Of a stretch of DNA of 64,000 nucleotides, positions 9,037 to 17,415 are shown piece after piece. Each line of letters starts with the position of its first letter. The first letter of the stretch is position 1. The translations under genes and the position numbers were made by a program. The DNA is taken from positions 1 to 64,000 of the IMG/VR virus record IMGVR_UViG_3300017700_000537, one strand, 5' to 3'. The notes beneath the pieces are model-generated. The model searched no databases, was not told the DNA's origin, and was given only the letters and a program-made list of their open reading frames with translations. This DNA comes from a virus (Duplodnaviria > Caudoviricetes).

Positions 9037-9044
9037 TACCTTTG
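9037..9044 (+). promoter_or_regulatory. Bacteroidota -7 element TACCTTTG
   Basis: Exact TAnnTTTG 28 nt upstream of the HTH gene. Confidence 0.6.
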
Positions 9045-9071
9045 TGGGGTCCAAACGACACAACGGTATAA

Positions 9072-9323
9072 ATGAGGCAAAAAGTACAGAAATTCGACAT
9101 CAAGAAGCTCAGAAAGGCGCTCGGGATGACCCAAGCAGAGGCAGCGTCGTCTTTGGAGATGTCCACTAGGAACTATCAGCGGGTGGAATCCGAGTCTGTC
9201 AGGCTCCCGGTTTTGACCCAATTCATTCTGGCGAACGGCGGCAAGTTTAAGGTGCCCCAGAATCCATTTGAGGTTTTTGAGGTTGGTGAAGCTATTTTCT
9301 CACAAAAAGACTTTTTGGTATGA
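9072..9323 (+). CDS. XRE-family (Cro-like) HTH regulator
   Basis: IKKLRKALGMTQAEAASSLEMSTRNYQRVESE. Confidence 0.85.
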   Translation: MRQKVQKFDIKKLRKALGMTQAEAASSLEMSTRNYQRVESESVRLPVLTQFILANGGKFKVPQNPFEVFEVGEAIFSQKDFLV

Positions 9324-10153
9324 ATGGAATTATCGGCAATAGAAGGCTTTCGGATTCTCCGCACACTGGAGCTGGCGTGTACTTCCTTTTTGACAGGGAC
9401 AACGAGCTGCTGTATGTCGGGATGTCAGAGAGTAATTGCATGGGCAGGGTATTGTCGCACGATAGAGAGGGTGTGATACTGTATTCTAGCTACTTTATCA
9501 TCCCACTTCCGGTCGCCTTGGTTAAGCAAGTTGAGGCTTACCTGATAGCTTCACTGAAGCCTCGGATGAATAGGCTTGGGGTTGATGATGGCAGGAACTT
9601 GGGGTTGATAAAAGAGTATTGGACTGGGCTTGCGAACAGGGCTGGACTTTTTTTAGACTTCTTTTGTGACGGCACAATAGACGGGTTCATCTATCCCTGT
9701 GACATTCCTGTCACAGATAATATGTGGGTTAGGTCTGGTAATTCGTATGTAGTGGGGCGGGCAGGTGGCCGCAGCTTTACCGCAATGACGGAGGGTGGGA
9801 ATGACGTTTTAGTTGTACATGCTCCGTGTGAAAGAATAGAGCGGGACATCTGTTTAGTCTCGATAGATGGATCGGCCAACAGGGCTCTTAGTGGAAGTAT
9901 ATCTAATGTAGCCACATTGACTGTACTCGAATACTTGTCCATGAAGAGTATCGAAGAAATCAGGGCGTCCGGCTTACTGTTCGGCTCAAATTCTGAATTC
10001 AATGAGTGGTCAGCTCACTCTATGTTGTTTGAATTTGAGCTTGATTGGTTACTTTCTGAGTTCAGGGCTGGTAATGTACTTAATGCTGACAATGTGTATG
10101 ATTTGGTAGCCTTCCACTCAAAGAGGAGTTCTATGCCGGCAACAGGATGGTGA
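9320..10153 (+). CDS. GIY-YIG nuclease-domain protein
   Basis: AGVYFLFDRDNELLYVGMSESNCMGRVLSH...VEAYLIASLKPRMN. Confidence 0.75.
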   Translation: MNGIIGNRRLSDSPHTGAGVYFLFDRDNELLYVGMSESNCMGRVLSHDREGVILYSSYFIIPLPVALVKQVEAYLIASLKPRMNRLGVDDGRNLGLIKEYWTGLANRAGLFLDFFCDGTIDGFIYPCDIPVTDNMWVRSGNSYVVGRAGGRSFTAMTEGGNDVLVVHAPCERIERDICLVSIDGSANRALSGSISNVATLTVLEYLSMKSIEEIRASGLLFGSNSEFNEWSAHSMLFEFELDWLLSEFRAGNVLNADNVYDLVAFHSKRSSMPATGW

Positions 10154-10233
10154 AGTTCTCGGAGCTTGTGTTGCTTCCTTCGGCTTTCTAGGTTTTACCG
10201 GCGTTTTGCCGGGATTTTTCAATAATAATCAAA

Positions 10234-10452
10234 ATGTACAAATCAACCAAAATACTTTTCATAGCCTTTTTGATAGGGCAGTCTAGTTTGATAGCAATAA
10301 AGGTTCTCTGGCCTACTGAGATGTCCTGGCTGACCACTTTTGCGCCTACACTAGGCGTGCTGGGCGGGTTCATTGTGGCCTGCATAGCGCTGTCTTTCGT
10401 CACTGGTTTTTGGAAGTGGGTTTTCAACTGTAAAAACGACAATAATGGATAA
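10234..10452 (+). CDS. Small membrane protein (2 TM)
   Basis: Two hydrophobic stretches. Confidence 0.55.
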   Translation: MYKSTKILFIAFLIGQSSLIAIKVLWPTEMSWLTTFAPTLGVLGGFIVACIALSFVTGFWKWVFNCKNDNNG

Positions 10453-10993
10453 TCAAATCAAGTCCCGTTTCTTCGGCAGCTATATTGGCTGCAAATACCA
10501 GTACATTAACCCGGACTTTCCCAAAATGACCCCTGCAATTTTCACCAATTGCGGATTAATTGAAGATGATGGGAATTACAGGGTTAGAAATGAAAACGGG
10601 TTTAACAAACAGGCTTTTGAAGATTGCCAACTAATCCTTCGCCCCCTTCCCTCAATCACCGATGAAGAAGCGATTGCAGCCCTTACTAAAGCAACTGGGC
10701 TATACTTGTGCGATGTTGATAGAAACGAAGATAGGATTGTTGCAGTTGGCGTAAACCATTCTTCATGTGCTGTAATTTGGCTTAAAATATCAGTAAATCA
10801 ATCTGGAACATTCATTCAGGCTTGGAATGATATTAAGGGGCATTCACAACCTGATTGCCACGATTACTTGGCTGTGGACTACTTACGCTCCCTCAATTTC
10901 TGCCTCCCATTCAACTCGATAGACCCAATCGAAGCTGGTTGGGCAATCCTAGAAACAGTTAACCAGCCTACGGGCGCAAACAATCAGGAATGA
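10445..10993 (+). CDS. Hypothetical phage protein
   Basis: 182-aa ORF containing QLILRPLPSITDEEA and DYLRSLNFCLPF. Confidence 0.65.
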   Translation: MDNQIKSRFFGSYIGCKYQYINPDFPKMTPAIFTNCGLIEDDGNYRVRNENGFNKQAFEDCQLILRPLPSITDEEAIAALTKATGLYLCDVDRNEDRIVAVGVNHSSCAVIWLKISVNQSGTFIQAWNDIKGHSQPDCHDYLAVDYLRSLNFCLPFNSIDPIEAGWAILETVNQPTGANNQE

Positions 10994-11265
10994 GCGACAT
11001 AGAAAAACATGGTTCAACTTGGCTTGGTAGATTGCTGGACAAAAAAGCAAAATACAAGGCTGACAAGGAAATGAACGACAAGATTATTAATGAATCCTGC
11101 ACCTGCACTGGCAGCTATCAAGTAATTGGATGCACTGCATACGATAGCGGAAAGTGCATCTGGCATCCTGGTAACGACCCCTACGGTTTGAAGGATAGGG
11201 AATGGGTGAACGGCTTTTTCGTGAAAAAATCTAACCAGCCGCAAGGCGAAACACCAACCCAATGA
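10990..11265 (+). CDS. Hypothetical Cys-containing protein
   Basis: ATGA-coupled ORF. Confidence 0.55.
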   Translation: MSDIEKHGSTWLGRLLDKKAKYKADKEMNDKIINESCTCTGSYQVIGCTAYDSGKCIWHPGNDPYGLKDREWVNGFFVKKSNQPQGETPTQ

Positions 11266-11459
11266 CAGAATCAAATCCAACCTGCCAATCCAATTGCATC
11301 CGTGATACAATGGAATCCGGCCTCTGTGATTGCTACAACAACGACGAACACCCAGCTTGCAGGGAAGAAAAATGGTCAAACGGCAGATGCTTTCTGGTCA
11401 TAGCTGGACTGGTTGGTGTAAGCTGGGGGATTATTTTCTGGCTTGCCGGGATTTTTTGA
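11262..11459 (+). CDS. Small Cys-rich protein with C-terminal TM
   Basis: ATGA-coupled; ends ...GIIFWLAGIF. Confidence 0.5.
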   Translation: MTESNPTCQSNCIRDTMESGLCDCYNNDEHPACREEKWSNGRCFLVIAGLVGVSWGIIFWLAGIF

Positions 11460-11713
11460 CTAAATGTAAAAGAAATGAGTAAATTCAAAATTGGGGACAA
11501 GGTGAAACATCCATGCGATTCAAGCGCTTTCGAGGTTGTTGGAGTCAGGGAAGCCGAAATTGAAATAAAGGGGATTGGTCCGGCGGGACACAACCGTGCA
11601 ATCAGGCTGGATGGGTTCCGACCGAAACAGTGAAGCCTTACGATGAGACAAAGGTTGTTTATTACATAAACGGGAAGCCTCACAAAAATGGAGTTCCGAT
11701 TTAATCCACCACA

Positions 11714-11818
11714 ATGGAACAGAAATTCTCAAACAGGGTGTGCGCAGCCATAATCGTGTCGCTTGTTGTGGCCGTGGCCGCATGGGCTGCTATCTTCTTT
11801 TTTGCCGGGATTCTTTGA
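11714..11818 (+). CDS. 34-aa membrane peptide
   Basis: Hand translation: MEQKFSNRVCAAIIVSLVVAVAAWAAIFFFAGIL. Confidence 0.4.
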   Translation: MEQKFSNRVCAAIIVSLVVAVAAWAAIFFFAGIL

Positions 11819-12013
11819 CAAATGACCCGCCACCGCCCCATACCCCCTAAAAAATCAAAGATAATGAAACCGTGCGCCGTCTGCGGGCTGGAATTTTCGA
11901 TAGACGACCTTACTATCGACTGGAAAAACTTCCGCTTGGTGTGCAAAAAATGTAAACTACTGGCAGTTCAGGACGAAGAGGGCTGAGTTTGCCGGGATTT
12001 TTTAAGAAATAAC

Positions 12014-12313
12014 ATGCGAAACGTATCGGAATTAACGACAAAAGAAGGTGCTGGCCTCTGGAACGCCTGTATGCCGAAACGTTATTGCCCGTTCAACGGC
12101 AATTCCTTTCATCATCCGGCAAATGACAGGACGCCAGAAAGATTTTGCTTCATGTACGGCGTTGAGCGGCTTGGCGTACACTTTGACGGGTACATCTGGG
12201 CAGATTGCGACCTTACCAGTAGGATTGAGGTTGACGAACAGTCTGCGACGGACTACCTGACCAGCATTGGTATTGAAAGGTTTTCACCAAAAAATCCAGG
12301 CAATGACAAATAA
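12014..12313 (+). CDS. Hypothetical protein
   Basis: 99-aa ORF after a motif copy and A-rich leader. Confidence 0.55.
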   Translation: MRNVSELTTKEGAGLWNACMPKRYCPFNGNSFHHPANDRTPERFCFMYGVERLGVHFDGYIWADCDLTSRIEVDEQSATDYLTSIGIERFSPKNPGNDK

Positions 12314-12695
12314 CCTCCACGGACGCAATTTCTCCGCAGAAATCTACGGCATACCAGTCCTTGGCACCATATCGGTGGGCAAGCTGGGCGGAATCTACCT
12401 CTGTCAGGATAGGCTTGCCGGCGGTGGCTTTAACTGTGACGATAAATTCGGCTACGAATACACTTGGTACGTCACGGAAGGCGGACTATGTGACGAAATC
12501 ACCAACCTCAAAATCCTCCCATCCGCCCTAGAATACCACGCCCTGTTCACCAAAATCCTGTCCAATACCGGCACTGCCTGGCAGGACGACGGCAGTTACT
12601 GGGTGGTGCCGGACGAAGTGGCGGCAGAGATTACGGCTTTTATGGACAAAATAGAGGCTGTGGATGTTGAAAATCTTGGAGAATCTAAAAATTAA
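12303..12695 (+). CDS. Hypothetical protein
   Basis: ORF 12267..12695; likely start MTNNLHG. Confidence 0.55.
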   Translation: MTNNLHGRNFSAEIYGIPVLGTISVGKLGGIYLCQDRLAGGGFNCDDKFGYEYTWYVTEGGLCDEITNLKILPSALEYHALFTKILSNTGTAWQDDGSYWVVPDEVAAEITAFMDKIEAVDVENLGESKN

Positions 12696-12700
12696 TAAAA

Positions 12701-13033
12701 ATGAACGCAGAAGAATTTATATCAAAGACACAGGAAGGGAGGCATGACACTGGAGCTGACCCCAGCGGATTTTCGTATAGCCATAGCCTCGTTGTGAAAT
12801 TATTGGACAACTATGCCGCCCACTGCGAGGAGTCTGCTTGGGTCGATGTGAATGATTCCTTGCCAGAACGCTGGGACGGCTATCCATTATCAAGGAATTG
12901 TTTTTTGTTTAATGGGAAGGAATATCTGATGGGATTTTACAGCTATGCGCATTCCCAGTGGGAGTCGGACGAGTACGCTCCGATTGAAGGAGTCACCCAC
13001 TGGCGACCCCTCCCAAAAAATCCCGGCAAATGA
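12701..13033 (+). CDS. DUF551-like phage protein
   Basis: WVDVNDSLPE...GVTHWRPLPKNP. Confidence 0.75.
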   Translation: MNAEEFISKTQEGRHDTGADPSGFSYSHSLVVKLLDNYAAHCEESAWVDVNDSLPERWDGYPLSRNCFLFNGKEYLMGFYSYAHSQWESDEYAPIEGVTHWRPLPKNPGK

Positions 13034-13133
13034 CCCTCCCCGAAGCCAGAACTATTTTCAAGAACATGCAGGCCCAGAACCCGTTGGTGAACGAACTCCA
13101 CAAACGGTTCGAGCTTGCGCAACCAATTTCAGG

Positions 13134-13943
13134 ATGTCAGAACTTAGAATCAAGCTCCTCGAGCTCGCCATCCAGGGTGGCGCAACAATCGACAACGCCG
13201 AGCGTGTCGCAACCGACTGGGAAAACTGGGCAGCAGATGCTCACCCTTTGAAGCTGGGTACGCCGAGCCCAAAACCCTGTGAGCATGAATTTGAATGGGA
13301 TTGCCTGATGGTTGGCTGCGAGTGCGCTCCAAAGCCTGTTGAGCCCGAAATCGACTGGGATTTCAAGGGCGACCAATACTTGACGCACACCCCATCTGGG
13401 ATTACCTTCGCCTATGCTGGCAAGCATGAGGAAGGCGGATTTTACGGAACAAGGTTGGGGTCAGGGTGTTGGGGATGGGTATCGAAAAATGGATTCCGAC
13501 GAGGGGCTGGCCTGCATGACGAATCAAAAAATCCCGGCAACTCTGAACGGGAAATCGACTGGTCCCGCCCACAACTTGTGACTTGTAGTTCAGGAATGGT
13601 TGTGCAGACAACCGGCAAACACGCAGGGTGTAGTTTCGAGGGGGTAGTAGTTGGTAGTGGCCGTTTTCGTGAAGTCGGAGAATTTATTACTGGGCTTACG
13701 AAATTAAACTTTACCTACCACGGAGAAATCCCGGCAGAACCAAAGACCACCGGCCTGAACTTCTTGGAGGCAATGGAGGCGACCCTAAATGGGTTTACAG
13801 TTAGAAGGCCCGACAATGCGTGGTACTTATTTGACCCCGAGCAATTGTGCGTCAAGATGTCAACTGGCCGGGGTGGGCTTATTTTTCCCGTAATCTATCA
13901 AGATGACATCCTCGCCACCGACTGGCAAATCATCCCAAAATGA
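13134..13943 (+). CDS. Modular hypothetical protein with DUF2829-like C-terminus
   Basis: Likely start MSELRIKLL; C-terminal LNFLEAMEATLNGFTVRR...DILATDWQI. Confidence 0.6.
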   Translation: MSELRIKLLELAIQGGATIDNAERVATDWENWAADAHPLKLGTPSPKPCEHEFEWDCLMVGCECAPKPVEPEIDWDFKGDQYLTHTPSGITFAYAGKHEEGGFYGTRLGSGCWGWVSKNGFRRGAGLHDESKNPGNSEREIDWSRPQLVTCSSGMVVQTTGKHAGCSFEGVVVGSGRFREVGEFITGLTKLNFTYHGEIPAEPKTTGLNFLEAMEATLNGFTVRRPDNAWYLFDPEQLCVKMSTGRGGLIFPVIYQDDILATDWQIIPK

Positions 13944-14329
13944 AAATCCAAATCCTAAAGAAAACGAACAAAGCCCTCTTCGCAAGGCGCCAGAAGGGCT
14001 TCAACGGCAGGGCTTTCGTCCTTGGCCTCGACGACAGGTTCATCGTGCTCCAGAACGCCAAAAAGAAGGATAAATCCACCGCCGTCCTCACTCACTGCGA
14101 CATCGGCCTGTTCGCTCCGGCCAACGGCACAGAGCTGGTGCTTGATGCTGTCCAGCGCCATTATCTGAAAAAATACGGCAAGGAGTTGCTATTGATTAAA
14201 TCTTTCGTATCTTTGCAAAGATTTACGGAGAACGGGAAAGTTTACGAACTGAATCTGGCTCCAATCAGCAAACAAAAAGAACTGGATTTAGATGAGAATA
14301 CTGAGGATATTGAAGGCGAGAAGGGTTAG
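13940..14329 (+). CDS. Hypothetical protein
   Basis: ATGA-coupled 129-aa ORF. Confidence 0.6.
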   Translation: MKIQILKKTNKALFARRQKGFNGRAFVLGLDDRFIVLQNAKKKDKSTAVLTHCDIGLFAPANGTELVLDAVQRHYLKKYGKELLLIKSFVSLQRFTENGKVYELNLAPISKQKELDLDENTEDIEGEKG

Positions 14330-14801
14330 GATGGGTTTCCTGCAAAAAGACCTTGCAAAAAAATGCGGTGTTTCAAAGCAGGTCATCTGCGAGATAGAGA
14401 CCGGCAAGCAAAGGCCTTGGAGATACACATTGGTTCGCATCTGTGATGAGCTTTCGATGCCAGACATCGACAGGGCTTCATTGTTTCGTCACTTCAAGCA
14501 TGAAGATGTTTCAGGCCTGAATGACCCTATCATCATCGTCCGGTCAATCCGTAAAAAGATAGGAATGACGCAGGACGACCTGGCGGCAAGGGTCGGGTCA
14601 AATAGGGGTGTTATCAGTAAATTCGAGAAGGGGGAACTTATTAATTTGGAACTGGCCGAGCTGATATGCGATGCGCTTGGCATCAAGGGGAAAAAGAAAT
14701 CCAAAATTCTAAAATCTCTCCATGAGGATAACGAACATCAAGAACCTGAGACAGGCGTTCACGCCGGGATGCCGTGTGAACCGGCACACGATACGAATTA
14801 A
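14292..14801 (+). CDS. Tandem XRE-family HTH regulator
   Basis: Two HTH_3-type units: LKARRVRMGFLQKDLAKKCGVSKQVICEIETG and IRKKIGMTQDDLAARVGSNRGVISKFEKG. Confidence 0.85.
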   Translation: MRILRILKARRVRMGFLQKDLAKKCGVSKQVICEIETGKQRPWRYTLVRICDELSMPDIDRASLFRHFKHEDVSGLNDPIIIVRSIRKKIGMTQDDLAARVGSNRGVISKFEKGELINLELAELICDALGIKGKKKSKILKSLHEDNEHQEPETGVHAGMPCEPAHDTN

Positions 14802-15060
14802 GGATAAGGATGTCGGAGTCTGCATTAAGGAAATCGACATCCCCACCGGAAAAGCCTTTCTTTGGTACGTTATCTGCATGGAGGTACAGACTTCCGGCTC
14901 CCTTCGGATAGGGGAGCGGATAAAAGTAGGTGATGCAGAGTTCGAAGTGTGTGCCATAAAGGATGGCTGGTACGAACTGAGCACATCCGAAATCAAGGCC
15001 GACAAGTTTGAAATGTGGGGCGTTGAAATGTTGATTCAAAAAATTAATTGTAGGATATGA
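14722..15060 (+). CDS. Hypothetical protein
   Basis: 112-aa ORF coupled to the next gene. Confidence 0.55.
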   Translation: MRITNIKNLRQAFTPGCRVNRHTIRIKDKDVGVCIKEIDIPTGKAFLWYVICMEVQTSGSLRIGERIKVGDAEFEVCAIKDGWYELSTSEIKADKFEMWGVEMLIQKINCRI

Positions 15061-15350
15061 CAAAAATCAATAAAAATAAAGAAGCAAGAAAGCCAATCGT
15101 CGCCAAGGTTGACCTGAAATTCATCAGGACTATCGGCAAGATGGCTGGAAAGCTCACCGCTGGCACGACCACAGCCTATTTGCTGCCGTTCATGTTCAGC
15201 CGGAACGTTGAAATGCCGGTCGGGATGTACCAAGTGACGGAACTACGGGACCTGCCCGACAATGTGCTGGCCAGCTTTGGACTGCAAAGAATCCAAGTTC
15301 CAGTCCCCGCAGAAATTGTTGACCAAAAAATCCCGGCAAATGAGGAATAA
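15057..15350 (+). CDS. Hypothetical protein
   Basis: 97-aa ORF. Confidence 0.55.
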   Translation: MTKINKNKEARKPIVAKVDLKFIRTIGKMAGKLTAGTTTAYLLPFMFSRNVEMPVGMYQVTELRDLPDNVLASFGLQRIQVPVPAEIVDQKIPANEE

Positions 15351-15930
15351 CAAATCCGGCACCTACGCCAAGGCCCCGCTTAACTACGAAGAGCTGCGCA
15401 CCTTCATCGACACCATCATTAACCCAGAGTACCGCCTGATGGTAGCCATCATCACAGCGGGCTTCATGCGGGTAGGAGAGGTGGTGAAGATGCGGAAGGG
15501 CGACATCGCCAACGGCAAGATAATGGTCAGAAAGACCAAAGTCCGCCATGACAAGAACCATCGCCCCATAAAACCCTACCGTGAGGTCCCTATGCCAGAA
15601 TGGGTTCAGGAAATCGCCAACGAAGTATTGCCACTCCTAAAAAGGCAGAAGGACGAGCTGTTGTTTCAGAAACAACGTGGAGGTGGAGGGCTAACTGTGA
15701 ACGGCGTGAATGACAGGCTTGACAGGATTTTCGCAAAGACCGAGACCACTCAAAAGGTCACTTGCCACTCCCTGCGCCGCACGGCAGCCGTCAGGATTCA
15801 CGACAACAGCGGGAACGACCTTCGCATGGTGCAGATAGCCTGCGACCACAAGTCCATCGCCACATCCGGCATCTACGTGATGAAGGGTAGGGCGGATTTC
15901 GAGGAAAAATACAAAGCAGCATTCGGATGA
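15340..15930 (+). CDS. Tyrosine recombinase, catalytic domain only (about 196 aa)
   Basis: Catalytic residues R (GFMRVGEV), K (RKTK), HxxR (HSLRR), H...Y (DHKSIATSGIY); likely start MRNNKSG. Confidence 0.85.
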   Translation: MRNNKSGTYAKAPLNYEELRTFIDTIINPEYRLMVAIITAGFMRVGEVVKMRKGDIANGKIMVRKTKVRHDKNHRPIKPYREVPMPEWVQEIANEVLPLLKRQKDELLFQKQRGGGGLTVNGVNDRLDRIFAKTETTQKVTCHSLRRTAAVRIHDNSGNDLRMVQIACDHKSIATSGIYVMKGRADFEEKYKAAFG

Positions 15931-16496
15931 AGGCGAAAAGACACCAAGTATTGGTAAGCATCGAATCTCGGATAAAGGAGACTGTCACCGCCCCGGGCGG
16001 CATGGAATTCTTCATCCAGACAGATGAACTGCATTCCACTGAGCAGGTCACACAGACCGGTGTTGCAGTGGCTGTTGGGGAGGATGTGAAGGGCGTGAAC
16101 GTGGGGGATGAAGTGTTCTTCCGCTGGACCGTCACGCACGACACCGACTACAACATCCTGTACGGTGATGTCAATGTCTGGATAATCAACTGCATCATCA
16201 AGCACGGCATCCCAGACCTGTTCGCTGTCATCACTGGCGGGGAGATAAAACCGGTCTGCGGGTTCGCATTCGTGGAGCCGCAGGAAGATGAAGTCGGGTT
16301 TGGAGAATACAAGGAAACGAAGCTCAACGAGAAGTGGGGCATTATGCGGTTCATGGAAGAAGGCCATGGTCTATCTCCCGGCGACAAGGTGTTCTTCGGA
16401 ACCAGAAACGACGACGATGCAGACCTAAACACGGTTCTCGGCAAAAAATACTACATCATGGAGGCCAGCCGCATCCAAATGAAACTAGAAGCATGA
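15927..16496 (+). CDS. Tandem GroES-like co-chaperonin-domain protein
   Basis: GVAVAVGEDVKGVNVGDEVFF and KPVCGFAFVEP...LSPGDKVFF...KKYYIMEASRI. Confidence 0.7.
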   Translation: MKAKRHQVLVSIESRIKETVTAPGGMEFFIQTDELHSTEQVTQTGVAVAVGEDVKGVNVGDEVFFRWTVTHDTDYNILYGDVNVWIINCIIKHGIPDLFAVITGGEIKPVCGFAFVEPQEDEVGFGEYKETKLNEKWGIMRFMEEGHGLSPGDKVFFGTRNDDDADLNTVLGKKYYIMEASRIQMKLEA

Positions 16497-17185
16497 TATA
16501 CGAAGGAAGGCCAGGCAGCAACAGGTTCGACAGGGACCAGTTCCGGCACATGAAGTGCTTTGACCTGATAAAGTGGACCGACCACAATGACGTGAGCAGG
16601 GAAATGCGGAAGTTCTACGACCGTCGCATCCCATCCGTGCTTGCCCTCATCAAGAAGAACAAGCCCTATGGCCTAGCGCAGGCGAAGTACATCGCCCTCG
16701 TCTATGACAAGCAGAGCCCATTCATCCCCGAGCATCCCATCATCACCGACAGGAAGAAGGCCGTGGCATCATTTTTGGGGATGAACGAATCGAAGTACGA
16801 GACCGTAAAGCTGGCCTGCATCGACCTGTCGAACGAGGCGGTCGTCGATGCCCTATCTGATTACCTGAAATGGCAGGACGACTACGTTTGGGCCATGATA
16901 GTGCAGAACGAGGAGGTGTTCTATGGCAATCAGCGCCAGATTTTGCAGGGCGTGAACATCGAGGGCAAGGACACCGACCGCTTCAAGGCGGCAGAGTACC
17001 AGTCCAAGCTACTGTCCATCAACAACAGCATCCAGAAGACCGTGAAGGCGCTCTGGGCAGAGTTCACCGGCAACGACCCGTTCGCAGAGGCAAAACTAAA
17101 AGAGCGGAAGCCTGTTTCCCCGGAGACTATGGCGGAATACGATGTTGAAGGGGTGGTGTACGAGCTGGGCGAAGAAGAAGAGTAA
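16493..17185 (+). CDS. Conserved phage protein upstream of TerL (small terminase candidate)
   Basis: Position and size; likely start MIYEGRP, ATGA-coupled. Confidence 0.55.
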   Translation: MIYEGRPGSNRFDRDQFRHMKCFDLIKWTDHNDVSREMRKFYDRRIPSVLALIKKNKPYGLAQAKYIALVYDKQSPFIPEHPIITDRKKAVASFLGMNESKYETVKLACIDLSNEAVVDALSDYLKWQDDYVWAMIVQNEEVFYGNQRQILQGVNIEGKDTDRFKAAEYQSKLLSINNSIQKTVKALWAEFTGNDPFAEAKLKERKPVSPETMAEYDVEGVVYELGEEEE

Positions 17186-17205
17186 TCAATTAAAATTTCA
17201 ATAAA

Positions 17206-17373
17206 ATGTACGAAAAACAAAGATTGGCTGAAATCGAATTGGAAAAGATTAGGTTCAAAGCGCAACTTAGGCAGTTTGCATTGGATGTAGTCAGGCAGAA
17301 CTCAGGCGGTGTGCTATCAACTGAGGGAATGATAGCTGATGCAAAATTGGTAGTTGAGTTTTTGGAATCTTAA
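17206..17373 (+). CDS. 55-aa hypothetical protein
   Basis: Hand translation: MYEKQRLAEIELEKIRFKAQLRQFALDVVRQ... Confidence 0.45.
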   Translation: MYEKQRLAEIELEKIRFKAQLRQFALDVVRQNSGGVLSTEGMIADAKLVVEFLES

Positions 17374-17415
17374 CAGCATAATTTGTACTACCAACGAAGT
17401 AAGAAAGACACGAAA

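Noticed and set aside
15340-15930. Prophage boundary or att site near the recombinase
   Set aside because: No host genes or flanking direct repeat on either side; phage genes continue in one operon
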